A stretch of DNA of 64,000 nucleotides, taken from positions 32,001 through 96,000 of the IMG/VR virus record IMGVR_UViG_3300046744_000381. The stretch is one strand, 5' to 3'. This stretch comes from a virus. The notes under the pieces are model-generated. The model saw nothing but the letters and a program-made list of their open reading frames with translations, did not search any database and was not told where the DNA came from. Shown piece after piece: positions 1-9,525 of this stretch. Position 1 is the first letter of the stretch. Every line of letters starts with the position of its first letter. The translations under genes and the position numbers were made by a program.

Positions 1-170
1 GTAATACAGGTTGGGGTACAATTAAATTTACCAAAACATCTTTACAAAATAAAATAACAAAAGAAATAGGTTGTTGGCTAAATGAACAAAAGTTTCAAAC
101 AGTAACTAAAGGAAAAATGATAGATATAGGCACGTGGAAAGGCTACAATTATTATTTAAATAAATTTTAA
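1..170 (+). CDS. 3' end of a probable sugar-phosphate nucleotidyltransferase (partial)
   Basis: Frame starting at 3 reads NTGWGTIKF...GKMIDIGTWKGYNYYLNKF* with TAA at 168-170. A C-terminal DIGT motif is typical of NTP-transferase domains. Not in the ORF track. Confidence 0.5.
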   Translation, partial: NTGWGTIKFTKTSLQNKITKEIGCWLNEQKFQTVTKGKMIDIGTWKGYNYYLNKF

Positions 171-1217
171 AGGCTCTATCCATTTGTATAGTGATTTTTT
201 AGATAGTAAGTATTCTTTATTATATCTCAATGTATCTACATCCAACTCTATCCAATTATTTTGTTTCATCCTTTCGCAAGCACTTGTTATTTCTTTTAGT
301 AGTAATTGTAATCTTACACTGTGATCTTTTTCAATGTCAAATTGCAAATCAAAATATTTGTCATACAATTTAAATCCCATTTCTTTTAAGTAGTGATTAA
401 CACCAGGCTGCCCCCAAATTATTATAGGACGTTCATATAACATACTTTTCCATACTTTTTCTGTAATATAAAAACCAAAATCATCAATGCTAGTATCTTG
501 TACTAAAATAAATTTATATTCAGACAAAAAATTACTAGAACTTTCTGTCCATTTTATTGCTTGGCTATGATTTGTAAAATCTTTTCTATCCATTACAAAA
601 TCTTTGTTTAACACATTATGTGTATAATCTATTTTGTATTTTTTACATTGTTCTTGCATAGTTATATCGTCAATTTTAGATTGACTTAAATCTACAGGAA
701 GTTGCCTAGAAACTAATTCGTAATTCATAACATTACGATACTCTCTTGGAAACCTACTAAAAGTAGCAAATTTATCATACTTAATTTTTGATACAACAAC
801 ACTGCTATTGATAGATTGCGCCATTTGTATAAAAACAGGAAATGGATAAGTTTTAATTTTGTTTTTATACAAGTTACGGTTAAACCAATTAGTATAATTT
901 TCGTATTCTTTATTTAGATTTGCCGTTAAAAGTATAACATTTAATTCAGGCACCTCATACTTTATACAGTCGTTATGAATTATTTCATATAGTTTTTCTA
1001 TGCCAAAACTTATCCAACTACAATCTAAAATTAATTTAGTTTCTTTGGCTCTTTTTAATTCATCTGATGTTAATTCACAAAACATATCACCATCGTGTTC
1101 CCAAAAATCATTAAGAGATTTACAAACATATTTTTTTAAAAACTGTAAACTGTCTAACCAATCTCGGTTATAACTCAAACCATCTGCTAATATGGTATCA
1201 GGAATAGGATAATTCAT
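156..1217 (-). CDS. Glycosyltransferase-like protein (GT-B/GT10-like C-terminus, 'TEK' family)
   Basis: YITEKVWKSMLYERPIIIWG...LKEMGFKLY...FD motif; paralogue of 26878..27957. Confidence 0.5.
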   Translation of the reverse strand: MNYPIPDTILADGLSYNRDWLDSLQFLKKYVCKSLNDFWEHDGDMFCELTSDELKRAKETKLILDCSWISFGIEKLYEIIHNDCIKYEVPELNVILLTANLNKEYENYTNWFNRNLYKNKIKTYPFPVFIQMAQSINSSVVVSKIKYDKFATFSRFPREYRNVMNYELVSRQLPVDLSQSKIDDITMQEQCKKYKIDYTHNVLNKDFVMDRKDFTNHSQAIKWTESSSNFLSEYKFILVQDTSIDDFGFYITEKVWKSMLYERPIIIWGQPGVNHYLKEMGFKLYDKYFDLQFDIEKDHSVRLQLLLKEITSACERMKQNNWIELDVDTLRYNKEYLLSKKSLYKWIEPLKFI

Positions 1218-1221
1218 AAAA

Positions 1222-1228
1222 TATTTAG
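1222..1228 (-). promoter_or_regulatory. T4-late-like promoter CTAAATA, 4 nt before the ATG of 156..1217
   Basis: TATTTAG on + at 1222-1228, in the divergent intergenic gap. Confidence 0.5.
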
Positions 1229-1257
1229 TTGACGTTTGGTTAAATATATGTTATTAT
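1229..1257 (+). promoter_or_regulatory. sigma70-type promoter TTGACG-17-TATTAT with extended TG
   Basis: TTGACG 1229-1234, TG 1249-1250, TATTAT 1252-1257, ATG at 1263. A TAAATA box (1241-1246) lies in the spacer. Confidence 0.6.
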
Positions 1258-1262
1258 GGCAT

Positions 1263-1922
1263 ATGTCAAATGTAGAAACAGATGTAAATTTGGAAATAAA
1301 AGTGTACGAAAACATAAACGTTAGAGAATACAATCCATCTGATAGAGATATAATTGAAAAATTTAGGATGTTAGCTAAACGTGACGGCAATGAAGCACTT
1401 GCCGGCGACAAATACGACCCTGACACAGTAAATGGACAAACTTGGATGACATTTGTAGAGGACGAGCTTGCAAGTGTAAGTGTCGTCGAACGTAGTCATT
1501 ACACAGGAGATCCAAAAATTGCAGGACGTATTTGTAGATATCATATTTTAAAAAAGTTTAGGCATAGTAATGCTGGGTTTCGTATGTTGCCAAATCAAGT
1601 ACAATGGGCAAAGGACAATGGACTAAAAGTATTATACTGGACACACGATGTAAACAACAAAGCATTAAATGCAATGTATCAAGGTAAAAAACGTATGGGT
1701 ATGCGAGGCGAATCTGTTCCGTATTTTATGACCGATACTTACCGTGCATTTAAATTACAACCTGATATGATTTTTAAAGTAAGTGAAAAATCTAACTTTT
1801 TACAATATGTATATGCAAACATATTAGATGAAAATTATGTATGGCGACCAGATTACAAAACTATTTTGTACTGTATGCATAATGGCACTATAGACGATTC
1901 AGTAAAAGCTGCTGTTCTATAG
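1263..1922 (+). CDS. GNAT-fold acetyltransferase-like protein
   Basis: RICRYHILKKFRHSNAGFRML (motif A-like) and WTHDVNNKALNAMY (motif B-like). Start moved from TTG 1236 to ATG 1263 on promoter position. Confidence 0.6.
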   Translation: MSNVETDVNLEIKVYENINVREYNPSDRDIIEKFRMLAKRDGNEALAGDKYDPDTVNGQTWMTFVEDELASVSVVERSHYTGDPKIAGRICRYHILKKFRHSNAGFRMLPNQVQWAKDNGLKVLYWTHDVNNKALNAMYQGKKRMGMRGESVPYFMTDTYRAFKLQPDMIFKVSEKSNFLQYVYANILDENYVWRPDYKTILYCMHNGTIDDSVKAAVL

Positions 1923-2724
1923 AATCCTTAATGTAATCTGTTATACAAATTTTTTCACCTACGCTATTAAATGCCCACATCCAAATATCAGCAGGTATTA
2001 AATTGTTATCATTACAATATTTTTCTTGTAAGGGTTTTGCTATTTCTGTAATGTATGTTGCACGAAACTTAGGAAGTATAGTTTTTACAACTTCTGATGC
2101 TGTTGTATTAAAATAATTGTAACTATAGTATTGCCCTATTGGTAAAGTTAGAGTTTGTGGAAGGCTATCGGAAAATACAATACCTGCTCTAAAACCGGCC
2201 ATTAAGAAATTTTTACTTAAACTAAATGCAACTGCATCAAACACATCTAAACTAGTATCTAAAGTATCAAGTGTGCATCCATAAAAAGCACAATCTAAAA
2301 ATATTTTACAATTATTAGTTATACAATGATTTATTAAATTACTAAACCAATTAGTAATACCGCCTTCGTGATTAGGCTGACTTACTAATATGTAACTATT
2401 TGGCAAGATATTATCTATATCAGTTGGAGATATACAATAGTTTTTATATGGATCTAGTATACTGTAATAAAATTTATAATCTGTATCAAAATAATAAAAT
2501 TGATCATATTTACTGTGTATGTGAGCACATTGATGAGTTAGTGCCTCGTGTATACCATTACACATTGCCCACTCTTTTTTATTTTCGCAGCCACTAAAAT
2601 TTTTTATCCAGTCCATCCAATGTTTTTTATATAAAGAAACGTCTGTACCAGAACCTTTATTAACAAGATTAATTTTTTTTAATTCGTCTTTTATTGGTTT
2701 AGGACAAAAACTGTACACCGTCAT
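1888..2724 (-). CDS. Fold-type I PLP-dependent enzyme (aminotransferase/decarboxylase-like), short
   Basis: SQPN, FLDCAF (DxAF/Y) and FSLSKNF..AGFRAG (S-x-S-K...G-x-R-x-G PLP-lysine motif). Confidence 0.7.
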   Translation of the reverse strand: MTVYSFCPKPIKDELKKINLVNKGSGTDVSLYKKHWMDWIKNFSGCENKKEWAMCNGIHEALTHQCAHIHSKYDQFYYFDTDYKFYYSILDPYKNYCISPTDIDNILPNSYILVSQPNHEGGITNWFSNLINHCITNNCKIFLDCAFYGCTLDTLDTSLDVFDAVAFSLSKNFLMAGFRAGIVFSDSLPQTLTLPIGQYYSYNYFNTTASEVVKTILPKFRATYITEIAKPLQEKYCNDNNLIPADIWMWAFNSVGEKICITDYIKDSIEQQLLLNRL

Positions 2725-3404
2725 ATTATATACTTTCTTTTTGGCAAATCAGGATTAACAAACATAGACAAATCTATATCAAATTTATTATATTCTATAT
2801 AATTATCCAATATGTTGTACATAATTTTATGGTTTGAATTTGTAAAGTGTCCTTTTCTTAGATCTAGTTTTCCTATATTATAATCTGTTTTCCAATATTT
2901 TTGTTCTTTGTCAAAAACATCACACAAGCAAAAATTGTTATCAAAACTGTCTTTAAAACCCGGAATATACAAAATATCTTTACGTAAGTTTTTTATGTAG
3001 TTGAGATATGAAATGTGTTGGAAATTTGAATATTCTGTGTTTTCAATATACTTGTAATAATATAAAGCAGCATCTAATATATCATTCCATCCTTGTTTTG
3101 CAGCATCTTCTTTCCAAAATGTGCTATACTCATAGTTTACAAAGTGTCTAGTCTTATTAGTATCTTTAATTGTTATTCTTCTAGGATGCGTGACTAAAAA
3201 AATAATTTTATCAAATCTCTCGTGTGTTTTTGTAAACTGTTCTGCAGAAAATAAAAGACTAGCACTCCATTCACAAAAGTTTGTTATGTCATATTTTTCA
3301 GAAAGTAATTCCCACCAACTTTGCTTTACAAAAGGATATTGTGAATAGTCTTTTACACCTATAGGGTTTGCACCAAAACTATCACCGTAAATTGCAATTT
3401 TCAT
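2721..3404 (-). CDS. SGNH/GDSL hydrolase-like protein
   Basis: N-terminal IAIYGDSF and C-terminal GHF...H. Confidence 0.55.
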   Translation of the reverse strand: MKIAIYGDSFGANPIGVKDYSQYPFVKQSWWELLSEKYDITNFCEWSASLLFSAEQFTKTHERFDKIIFLVTHPRRITIKDTNKTRHFVNYEYSTFWKEDAAKQGWNDILDAALYYYKYIENTEYSNFQHISYLNYIKNLRKDILYIPGFKDSFDNNFCLCDVFDKEQKYWKTDYNIGKLDLRKGHFTNSNHKIMYNILDNYIEYNKFDIDLSMFVNPDLPKRKYII

Positions 3405-4140
3405 TTATAACCTCTGCTGCATTTTTGTGTGTTAACTTTCCAAAATGTAAAAAATCTCTTGCATCATCTAATTTAGGAAAAAAATCACACTTTAAAAGAT
3501 TTGCAGTTTCTTCAAAATAACTTGCTTGATAATAATTTGTTTTAGAACTCCAAAAGTGTTCACAAGCTAATGCTTCAAATTTAAAAAATTGTTGAGAATG
3601 AACAAGATTTTTATTCCATATTTTATACAAAACTTTCATATCATTGTTGTAATTATCCCAATGACTGCCAGACCAAGGTCCTATACGATTAATTTTATCA
3701 TCGGCGTAATATAATAATCTACCATAATCTGTCCATAATTGTATCACAGTATGCGGAATTCCAAAATTTTCAAAAAATTTAAGACTATTATGCCAACTAA
3801 AAATTGTGCTGGTGCCGCTTTGTCCAAGATTTATTACAGGTCTTTTTACAATATCACTCAATTGCTGGCAAATAGTTTCTTCAATAGCTAAAGCTTCTCC
3901 AAAGACTTGACTACAACCAAAAATCACAATAGAGTCTTCCCAATTTATGTCATTCCATTCGGCATCTCTATAAAAGTTAGAATTTAACTTGTAAGAAACT
4001 TCTTTATCATAATAATTCCATTGTGATCCTAATTGTGTTTTATTTTTCTCATAATCAGTTCTTTCTTGAATACTAAGATAATCAGGAAGTAAATTTCTAT
4101 TATAATTTTCAGCAAGAGGACCGTTAAGTAATTTATACAA
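3382..4140 (-). CDS. SGNH hydrolase-like protein (GCS variant)
   Basis: IFGCSQVFG, INLGQSGTS and DFLHFG (DxxH); TTG start. Confidence 0.55.
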   Translation of the reverse strand: MYKLLNGPLAENYNRNLLPDYLSIQERTDYEKNKTQLGSQWNYYDKEVSYKLNSNFYRDAEWNDINWEDSIVIFGCSQVFGEALAIEETICQQLSDIVKRPVINLGQSGTSTIFSWHNSLKFFENFGIPHTVIQLWTDYGRLLYYADDKINRIGPWSGSHWDNYNNDMKVLYKIWNKNLVHSQQFFKFEALACEHFWSSKTNYYQASYFEETANLLKCDFFPKLDDARDFLHFGKLTHKNAAEVINENCNLR

Positions 4141-4675
4141 TTAAATTTCCTTTATCATACAAATCTTTTACTACGTCAAAAGTGTAAGGAGGCATAAAAC
4201 ACACACTAAAATTTATTCTAGGATGTTTGCTTTTTGTATTATCCACCCCGTGAGGAATATTTTTAAAAAGAATAGGATCTTTGTACATTACACTTTCAAT
4301 AATAGAACCATTGTGTTTTTGTTTCCAGTCTTGCCAGTCACCTTCAGATCCTTTCCAATCTGGCATATGATAAAAATCCAGTGTATTGTTTTTATAACTT
4401 TCGCTGCAAGGAATTAAAATTGCACAGGTTCTGCCATTGTCAACGTGAGGTGGCAAATACTCTCCTGCTCTACAGGCAACTAATAATCCCATATAACTCC
4501 AGATTGGCAATAATTGATCTTTTAACCATTGAGGTTCATATTGCTTGTAATACTGTACATATCCTCTATTTTCTTCTTCTGGTGCTATTTCTACCCATCC
4601 TGACTTGTCATCAACCACGGCTTTAATCTCATCATAGTCCACATATAGTTCTTTTAAGAAAACATAATTACTCAT
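4133..4675 (-). CDS. Fe(II)/2OG oxygenase-like (DSBH) protein
   Basis: LPPHVD...ILIP...PHGVDN...RINFS: HxD...H...R pattern. Confidence 0.65.
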   Translation of the reverse strand: MSNYVFLKELYVDYDEIKAVVDDKSGWVEIAPEEENRGYVQYYKQYEPQWLKDQLLPIWSYMGLLVACRAGEYLPPHVDNGRTCAILIPCSESYKNNTLDFYHMPDWKGSEGDWQDWKQKHNGSIIESVMYKDPILFKNIPHGVDNTKSKHPRINFSVCFMPPYTFDVVKDLYDKGNLIV

Positions 4676-5433
4676 TTTCCTAATACCATTTTTTTAATAT
4701 TACACGTACTATCTAAAATATATTTTATTGCGTTTACAATATCTTTATCGTTGACATTTTGTTTCAAGTCAATACAGGTGTAATTTTCATTATTGCCAAT
4801 AAAGATTATAAATTTATCTCTATGCAAATCAGCAATGTGATTTTTGTCTGTAATAATTATAGTAGCATCGTCTAAATTATCGTGTGTGTCAAAAAACTTT
4901 TGCACCATATCATTATTATAATCTTGTCCAATATTATAATCTTGTTTCCACTTTGATATCAAATCATCGTTGCTAATTATATCTATCATATCGCTATAAG
5001 TCCTGTCAATATGAAACAACAAATTGTACCTAGGTTGATCGGTATAATTTACACCGTTGTGTATACTGTCTGCATTTGTGATAACCGGTGTACTATAATA
5101 ATAATCTACTTCTTTCTCGTCAATTTTAAATTTAATCAAGTGCGGATTAGGATCTATTGGTAAGATTAATGTGGCGCCCCTAGTAAAATCACTGTGCCAT
5201 CCTGTTTCGTGCCCCGGTGGTATATAACTAAAGCTGTATGTGCTTGTGTGTAATAATTTATTTTTTATTTTTATTGCTTCTACATTTAAAGGAAATACTA
5301 TATCTTTGTGTTCACTGAATAAAGTTTTACCTCTATCATTTGAGTATAAAGGCCAGTGGGTTATGCTTTGACAACATTCGTGCAAATATTCTTTGTTATA
5401 TTCAATATCAACTGTGACAATGTAATCATCCAT
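4672..5433 (-). CDS. Fe(II)/2OG oxygenase-like protein with a degenerate SDR-like C-terminal extension
   Basis: GWHSD...IHNGVN...RYNL. The C-terminal DIVNAIKYILDSTCNIKKMVL resembles the end of the adjacent SDR (YVADVIQWIIDAPECIESITL). Confidence 0.6.
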   Translation of the reverse strand: MDDYIVTVDIEYNKEYLHECCQSITHWPLYSNDRGKTLFSEHKDIVFPLNVEAIKIKNKLLHTSTYSFSYIPPGHETGWHSDFTRGATLILPIDPNPHLIKFKIDEKEVDYYYSTPVITNADSIHNGVNYTDQPRYNLLFHIDRTYSDMIDIISNDDLISKWKQDYNIGQDYNNDMVQKFFDTHDNLDDATIIITDKNHIADLHRDKFIIFIGNNENYTCIDLKQNVNDKDIVNAIKYILDSTCNIKKMVLGK

Positions 5434-5989
5434 TAGTTTTATCCTTTGTTAAAGTAATACTTTCTATACATTCTGGTGCATCAATAATCCATTGTATAAC
5501 ATCGGCAACATATTCTGTATTTAATTTAACTTCGTCAGGATGATATCTATCTACTAAAGGAGTATGCATATGTCCTAAACTGATATATGTACATTTTACA
5601 TTAGGAGTGATATCTTCTCTATTGTGATTAATTGTTTCACATAATCTTTGTAATGCTAATTTTTCAGCACCATAACTAATATATTTTAACCAAGGTTGCT
5701 CTTTATTAATGTGATCACTTATACTACCTATACAAATTAAATGCACAGTCTTTTTATTAGCTTCAAATAATTCATACAACATATGTAATAATCTAACTTG
5801 ACTATAATTATTCATTTTTTCTGTGTAACAATTTAGTATTATCACATCATAGTGAATTGCAACGTGACAAAATTTTATCATTCCTTCATCAGTTGATAAA
5901 TCGTAATTATTAGTTCTACTTGCATAACTGGTATTTTTTATAGCACTTGCTAATCCATATTCGGCATTTCCTGTGGTTAAAATTTTCAT
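5426..5989 (-). CDS. Short-chain dehydrogenase/reductase (short form)
   Basis: ILTTGNAEYGLA Rossmann start, ICIGS, catalytic YGAEK (YxxxK). Confidence 0.7.
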   Translation of the reverse strand: MKILTTGNAEYGLASAIKNTSYASRTNNYDLSTDEGMIKFCHVAIHYDVIILNCYTEKMNNYSQVRLLHMLYELFEANKKTVHLICIGSISDHINKEQPWLKYISYGAEKLALQRLCETINHNREDITPNVKCTYISLGHMHTPLVDRYHPDEVKLNTEYVADVIQWIIDAPECIESITLTKDKTNG

Positions 5990-6432
5990 TGTTTTGCTGC
6001 CTGTATTGTTAGACTTAATCTATGAGATTCAATTTCACTAATATCGTGCGGTACATCAACTTGAAGACGATGCCAAGTGGATATTGGTGCTGTAATTTCA
6101 TATATAATATTTTCCATATTGTCGTCATACCATCTTGTTTTGACATCCGGTCCTCCAGATAAAAGTGTGTAATTATAGCAAAACGTTCTGCCTTGATCAA
6201 TATGGGGAGTAAGTTGCCTGCCTGAAAGTTGGTAATATACTTCTACAGGATAATTAAAATAAGGTTGTAAAAAATCTTGTAATTCATTATCTACTTTGGT
6301 TGAAAAATACCACCAATCCCATTCACCGCTATCATCGAAAGCATTAGGTCTTTTATACAACTCCTCTATATCTGTAATTACTAAATTTTTAGGAATTGAT
6401 GGTATAAAATTAGATAATTCAAATAACTTCAT
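5986..6432 (-). CDS. Fe(II)/2OG oxygenase-like protein
   Basis: LTPHID...VPHDI...RLSLT. Start probably ATG 6432 (AAGGA SD) rather than 6453. Confidence 0.6.
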   Translation of the reverse strand: MKLFELSNFIPSIPKNLVITDIEELYKRPNAFDDSGEWDWWYFSTKVDNELQDFLQPYFNYPVEVYYQLSGRQLTPHIDQGRTFCYNYTLLSGGPDVKTRWYDDNMENIIYEITAPISTWHRLQVDVPHDISEIESHRLSLTIQAAKQ

Positions 6433-6910
6433 CGGATTTCCTTTTTTGTGCATACCAACTCAATGGCAATTTTAAAAATTTGTAATCTTCGCCTGTTACT
6501 TTTCCTCGGCAGTTACTACTACCGCATTTACATTCAGGAATATAATCTTTCTTAGTAAGCATAAATGTACCATAATCAACTGTTACAAATTCTCCTTGCT
6601 CTATATTTCTCAAAGCTCTAAAAACCACTTGACCGTCAATATACAAATTTGGATCACAACTGTGATTTATATATGCTTCGTACTCATTTCCTTGTGGTAA
6701 ATCAATAACAAGATCTTTATCTATTAGCAATCCTTTATACCATCCTTGCTCGCTAGGACGTCTAGCCATACCTCCTATTACAAAGATAATATCTCCTTTT
6801 TCAATTTGGTTTGTAGCATAACGACACAACCCGTGGACAGGACTTTCTTTTACTGCTGTATCACTATTAAAATAACAAAACCCAGTGTGCTGTTTATTCG
6901 AATCTATCAC
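6419..6910 (-). CDS. SET-domain protein-lysine methyltransferase with post-SET Zn motif
   Basis: SPVHGL, YINHSCDPN, ALRNIEQGEFVTVDY and post-SET CKCGSSNCRG. Confidence 0.9.
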   Translation of the reverse strand: MIDSNKQHTGFCYFNSDTAVKESPVHGLCRYATNQIEKGDIIFVIGGMARRPSEQGWYKGLLIDKDLVIDLPQGNEYEAYINHSCDPNLYIDGQVVFRALRNIEQGEFVTVDYGTFMLTKKDYIPECKCGSSNCRGKVTGEDYKFLKLPLSWYAQKRKSDEVI

Positions 6911-7442
6911 CGTGTAATTCCTTCAAATACGGATTACTATAATTTTCTCTTTCGTTAGCATTGTTAAAAATAAGATGTATTCGTGGTTCGTGATCGCCAT
7001 TTACAAAATTGTGCAATTGGTGAGTATCTGTCCAATATATTTTTCCTTTGGGCATATAGGCAACAAATGGAATGTCAGGAAAAACCATAAACGATAATTT
7101 AGAATTATTTATTATAGGAATATGATATCTAGTGTACAAATCAACGTGTGTGCTGTAACAACTTCGTTCGTGTAGAAACATAAGTCTTGCACTTGCTACA
7201 GTAAAGTCTAAAGTTGTTAAGACCTGTTTTAAATAGGTACCTTCTAAGTGAGGGTGAAAATTAATACATTTGTGTTCTATTCTAGTTTTGCCATATGCAT
7301 CTACATCGTCGTGCCAAGATATTTTAGAAGAATATTGTAAACAAATTTGACAATTATTCCATCCTACTAGGTCAATAATATTATTGCATTCTTTTGCTAT
7401 TAATTTATGATTAATTTCTTTTATTTCTTTAAAAGCCTGCAT
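6894..7442 (-). CDS. Aspartyl/asparaginyl beta-hydroxylase-like Fe(II)/2OG oxygenase
   Basis: ARLM...STHVD...RYHIPI...DTHQLHNFVN...RIHL; paralogue of 9515..10084. Confidence 0.7.
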   Translation of the reverse strand: MQAFKEIKEINHKLIAKECNNIIDLVGWNNCQICLQYSSKISWHDDVDAYGKTRIEHKCINFHPHLEGTYLKQVLTTLDFTVASARLMFLHERSCYSTHVDLYTRYHIPIINNSKLSFMVFPDIPFVAYMPKGKIYWTDTHQLHNFVNGDHEPRIHLIFNNANERENYSNPYLKELHGDRFE

Positions 7443-8101
7443 TATTGGTTTACCTTTCCTTTAAATCTTAAAGATAAACCAATTTTATATTTTGCTAACA
7501 TTTTTCCTGTAGCGTGTATATACTTACTATTAAAAATTAATAAGTTTCCAGGTTTATAATTTAAGGCTTGACCAGTTAATCCAAAAAACAATTCCTTTGG
7601 ACGAAAATTATTTTCTAAAGACGTGCAATACAAATTATCGTCTATTTCACAATTGGTACATCCTTGTACAGTAATGTCATCGTTTATTGATGTTTTTATA
7701 CTTTTGTTTTTATGAAACTCTGTATCGGTATCATTTAGCATCCAAGTTCTAGCTTGTTTGTCACTGCACCATTGATCAAAAACTACAAAAGGTTGATAGT
7801 TATCGCCTTCTACAAATAACGGTATTAGAACATTTATTGTATCGTGAATTCTATCTGCATCAGTATGAGGAAAATATGCATACGAATGCTTGTAAATATT
7901 ATCACCTAAGTTATAAGAAGTGTCTATGTTAAATTCAGTTAATATACTTTCAAGTTGTCGCACTACTTCAAATTCCCACGGATTGTTTATCTTTTCCATA
8001 TAATTAGAATTTACAACAAGATTTTGGTTTTCGTAAAAAAAATTTAAAATTTCTTTTCTTATTCCAAGAGGTATAACATCTTCGTATTCTTTATAGTGCA
8101 T
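7442..8101 (-). CDS. Fe(II)/2OG oxygenase-like protein
   Basis: YFPHTD...NVLIPL...PGNLLIFNSKYIHATG; paralogue of 10617..11294. Confidence 0.65.
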   Translation of the reverse strand: MHYKEYEDVIPLGIRKEILNFFYENQNLVVNSNYMEKINNPWEFEVVRQLESILTEFNIDTSYNLGDNIYKHSYAYFPHTDADRIHDTINVLIPLFVEGDNYQPFVVFDQWCSDKQARTWMLNDTDTEFHKNKSIKTSINDDITVQGCTNCEIDDNLYCTSLENNFRPKELFFGLTGQALNYKPGNLLIFNSKYIHATGKMLAKYKIGLSLRFKGKVNQ

Positions 8102-8104
8102 ATA

Positions 8105-8755
8105 TTATTTTATGACATCAACTTCTATATCCTGCTTGATTTTGGAAGGAAACATAAATCCAGTTTGATGATGTTCTCTTCTATTTTTTGTGCTGTCTTT
8201 AAATCCAATACCCATCATTAATGCAATAGGATTTTCATTTTTTACAATTTTAGAAACTTCTGTGTCGTCAAAACACGCACAACACCCAGTACCATAACCT
8301 AACATACTTGCTAATAAATTAAGATATCCCGCAGCAATGCCAATTGCCATATTTTCATCTCTTTTTAGTACATTTTTAGAAGCAGTAATATCTTTGTTAT
8401 TTTCAATATTATACAACTCGTCATTTGCATATTCATTAGGATTAGTTTTTGTTGCTGGATCAACTGATTCAAAAACTACTAAAAGATTTGCTAGTGTTTG
8501 ACTATTTGTTTCTTCAACACCGTCTTCTGGGCGTTTGAATCCTGCTGTATGTTTGTGTATATTTTCGATAATGCTTCTATTTGTTACAAAGTGTACTTTG
8601 TAAAAAGCAACGTTTTGTTTGCTAGGACAGTTCTTAACTGCGTGTACAAACAATTCTATATCTTCGTCAGGAATAGTTTGCTCTAAATCCCAGTTACGTT
8701 GACAATGCTGACTACGAATAATAGTCTTTTTAATATCTTTGTGTTCTAATTGCAT
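8105..8755 (-). CDS. Nitroreductase-fold flavoprotein
   Basis: RSQHCQRNWD, CPSKQN, AIGIAAGYLNLLASMLGYGTGCCACFD, MGIG; AGGAG SD; paralogue of 13777..14427. Confidence 0.8.
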   Translation of the reverse strand: MQLEHKDIKKTIIRSQHCQRNWDLEQTIPDEDIELFVHAVKNCPSKQNVAFYKVHFVTNRSIIENIHKHTAGFKRPEDGVEETNSQTLANLLVVFESVDPATKTNPNEYANDELYNIENNKDITASKNVLKRDENMAIGIAAGYLNLLASMLGYGTGCCACFDDTEVSKIVKNENPIALMMGIGFKDSTKNRREHHQTGFMFPSKIKQDIEVDVIK

Positions 8756-8766
8756 AATACATCTCC

Positions 8767-9525
8767 TTAAATATATTTATGCAATTTAGGATCATTAAAA
8801 TTAACTAGAGCTAAAATATGATATCTGTCGTCACCGTTTTTATTATTTACTGCGTGATTGTGTTGTGTATTGATTATCCAGGCTTCATTAAAACCATAGT
8901 GTTGCTCGTGTATTTCTCCGTCTAAATATACTAACATACTAGTAGCATCCTTATTTGTGATTAAAGGAATATGCACATATGCGTGAGTGTATTCTGTTTC
9001 ATAATAATTATGACTGTGCCAATTTATTCTTTGTTTATTATCTATTTTCGATATCATTATACGATCGCACATAGTCCAAGTAAACATTTCTTCAATGATA
9101 CTTTTAATATAAGGAATAGTGTCACATAAAGTTGTGTCAACTAGATGCTCAGGAGGAACCCTGCCATTTTCAATTAAGTGCTGCTTACCTAATATTTCCA
9201 TAAAGTCTAATGTTTCTCCAAATCCAAAATCTGGATCATTGCTGAAATTTCTTAAAAACTTTGCACTCCAATAATTACTAATACCTGCGCCTCGTATGCT
9301 TTTTACATCGTTGTTGTAACCTTGCCAATTTTCTAATGCAGATATTTCTTGACTTATCTTGTTTTGATTTAACTCTAAATCGCATAATTTAAAATGTGGC
9401 ACATATAATAATTTTTTAGCCAGTGAATTTTTTGCTCTATTGCTTTCACATCTAGGATGACAGGATTTATCAAAAGCCGGAGCAGATTCTGCATCTACTA
9501 ATTTATGATGTAAATCAACTATCAA
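8767..9525 (-). CDS. Asp/Asn beta-hydroxylase-like oxygenase with HxH metal motif
   Basis: RIMISK...NWHSH...VHIPL...NTQHNHAVNN...RYHI. Confidence 0.65.
   Translation of the reverse strand: MIVDLHHKLVDAESAPAFDKSCHPRCESNRAKNSLAKKLLYVPHFKLCDLELNQNKISQEISALENWQGYNNDVKSIRGAGISNYWSAKFLRNFSNDPDFGFGETLDFMEILGKQHLIENGRVPPEHLVDTTLCDTIPYIKSIIEEMFTWTMCDRIMISKIDNKQRINWHSHNYYETEYTHAYVHIPLITNKDATSMLVYLDGEIHEQHYGFNEAWIINTQHNHAVNNKNGDDRYHILALVNFNDPKLHKYI
8774..8781 (-). promoter_or_regulatory. T4-late-like promoter CATAAATA upstream of the nitroreductase
   Basis: TATTTATG on +, followed on the minus strand by AGGAG SD and ATG 8755. Confidence 0.5.
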
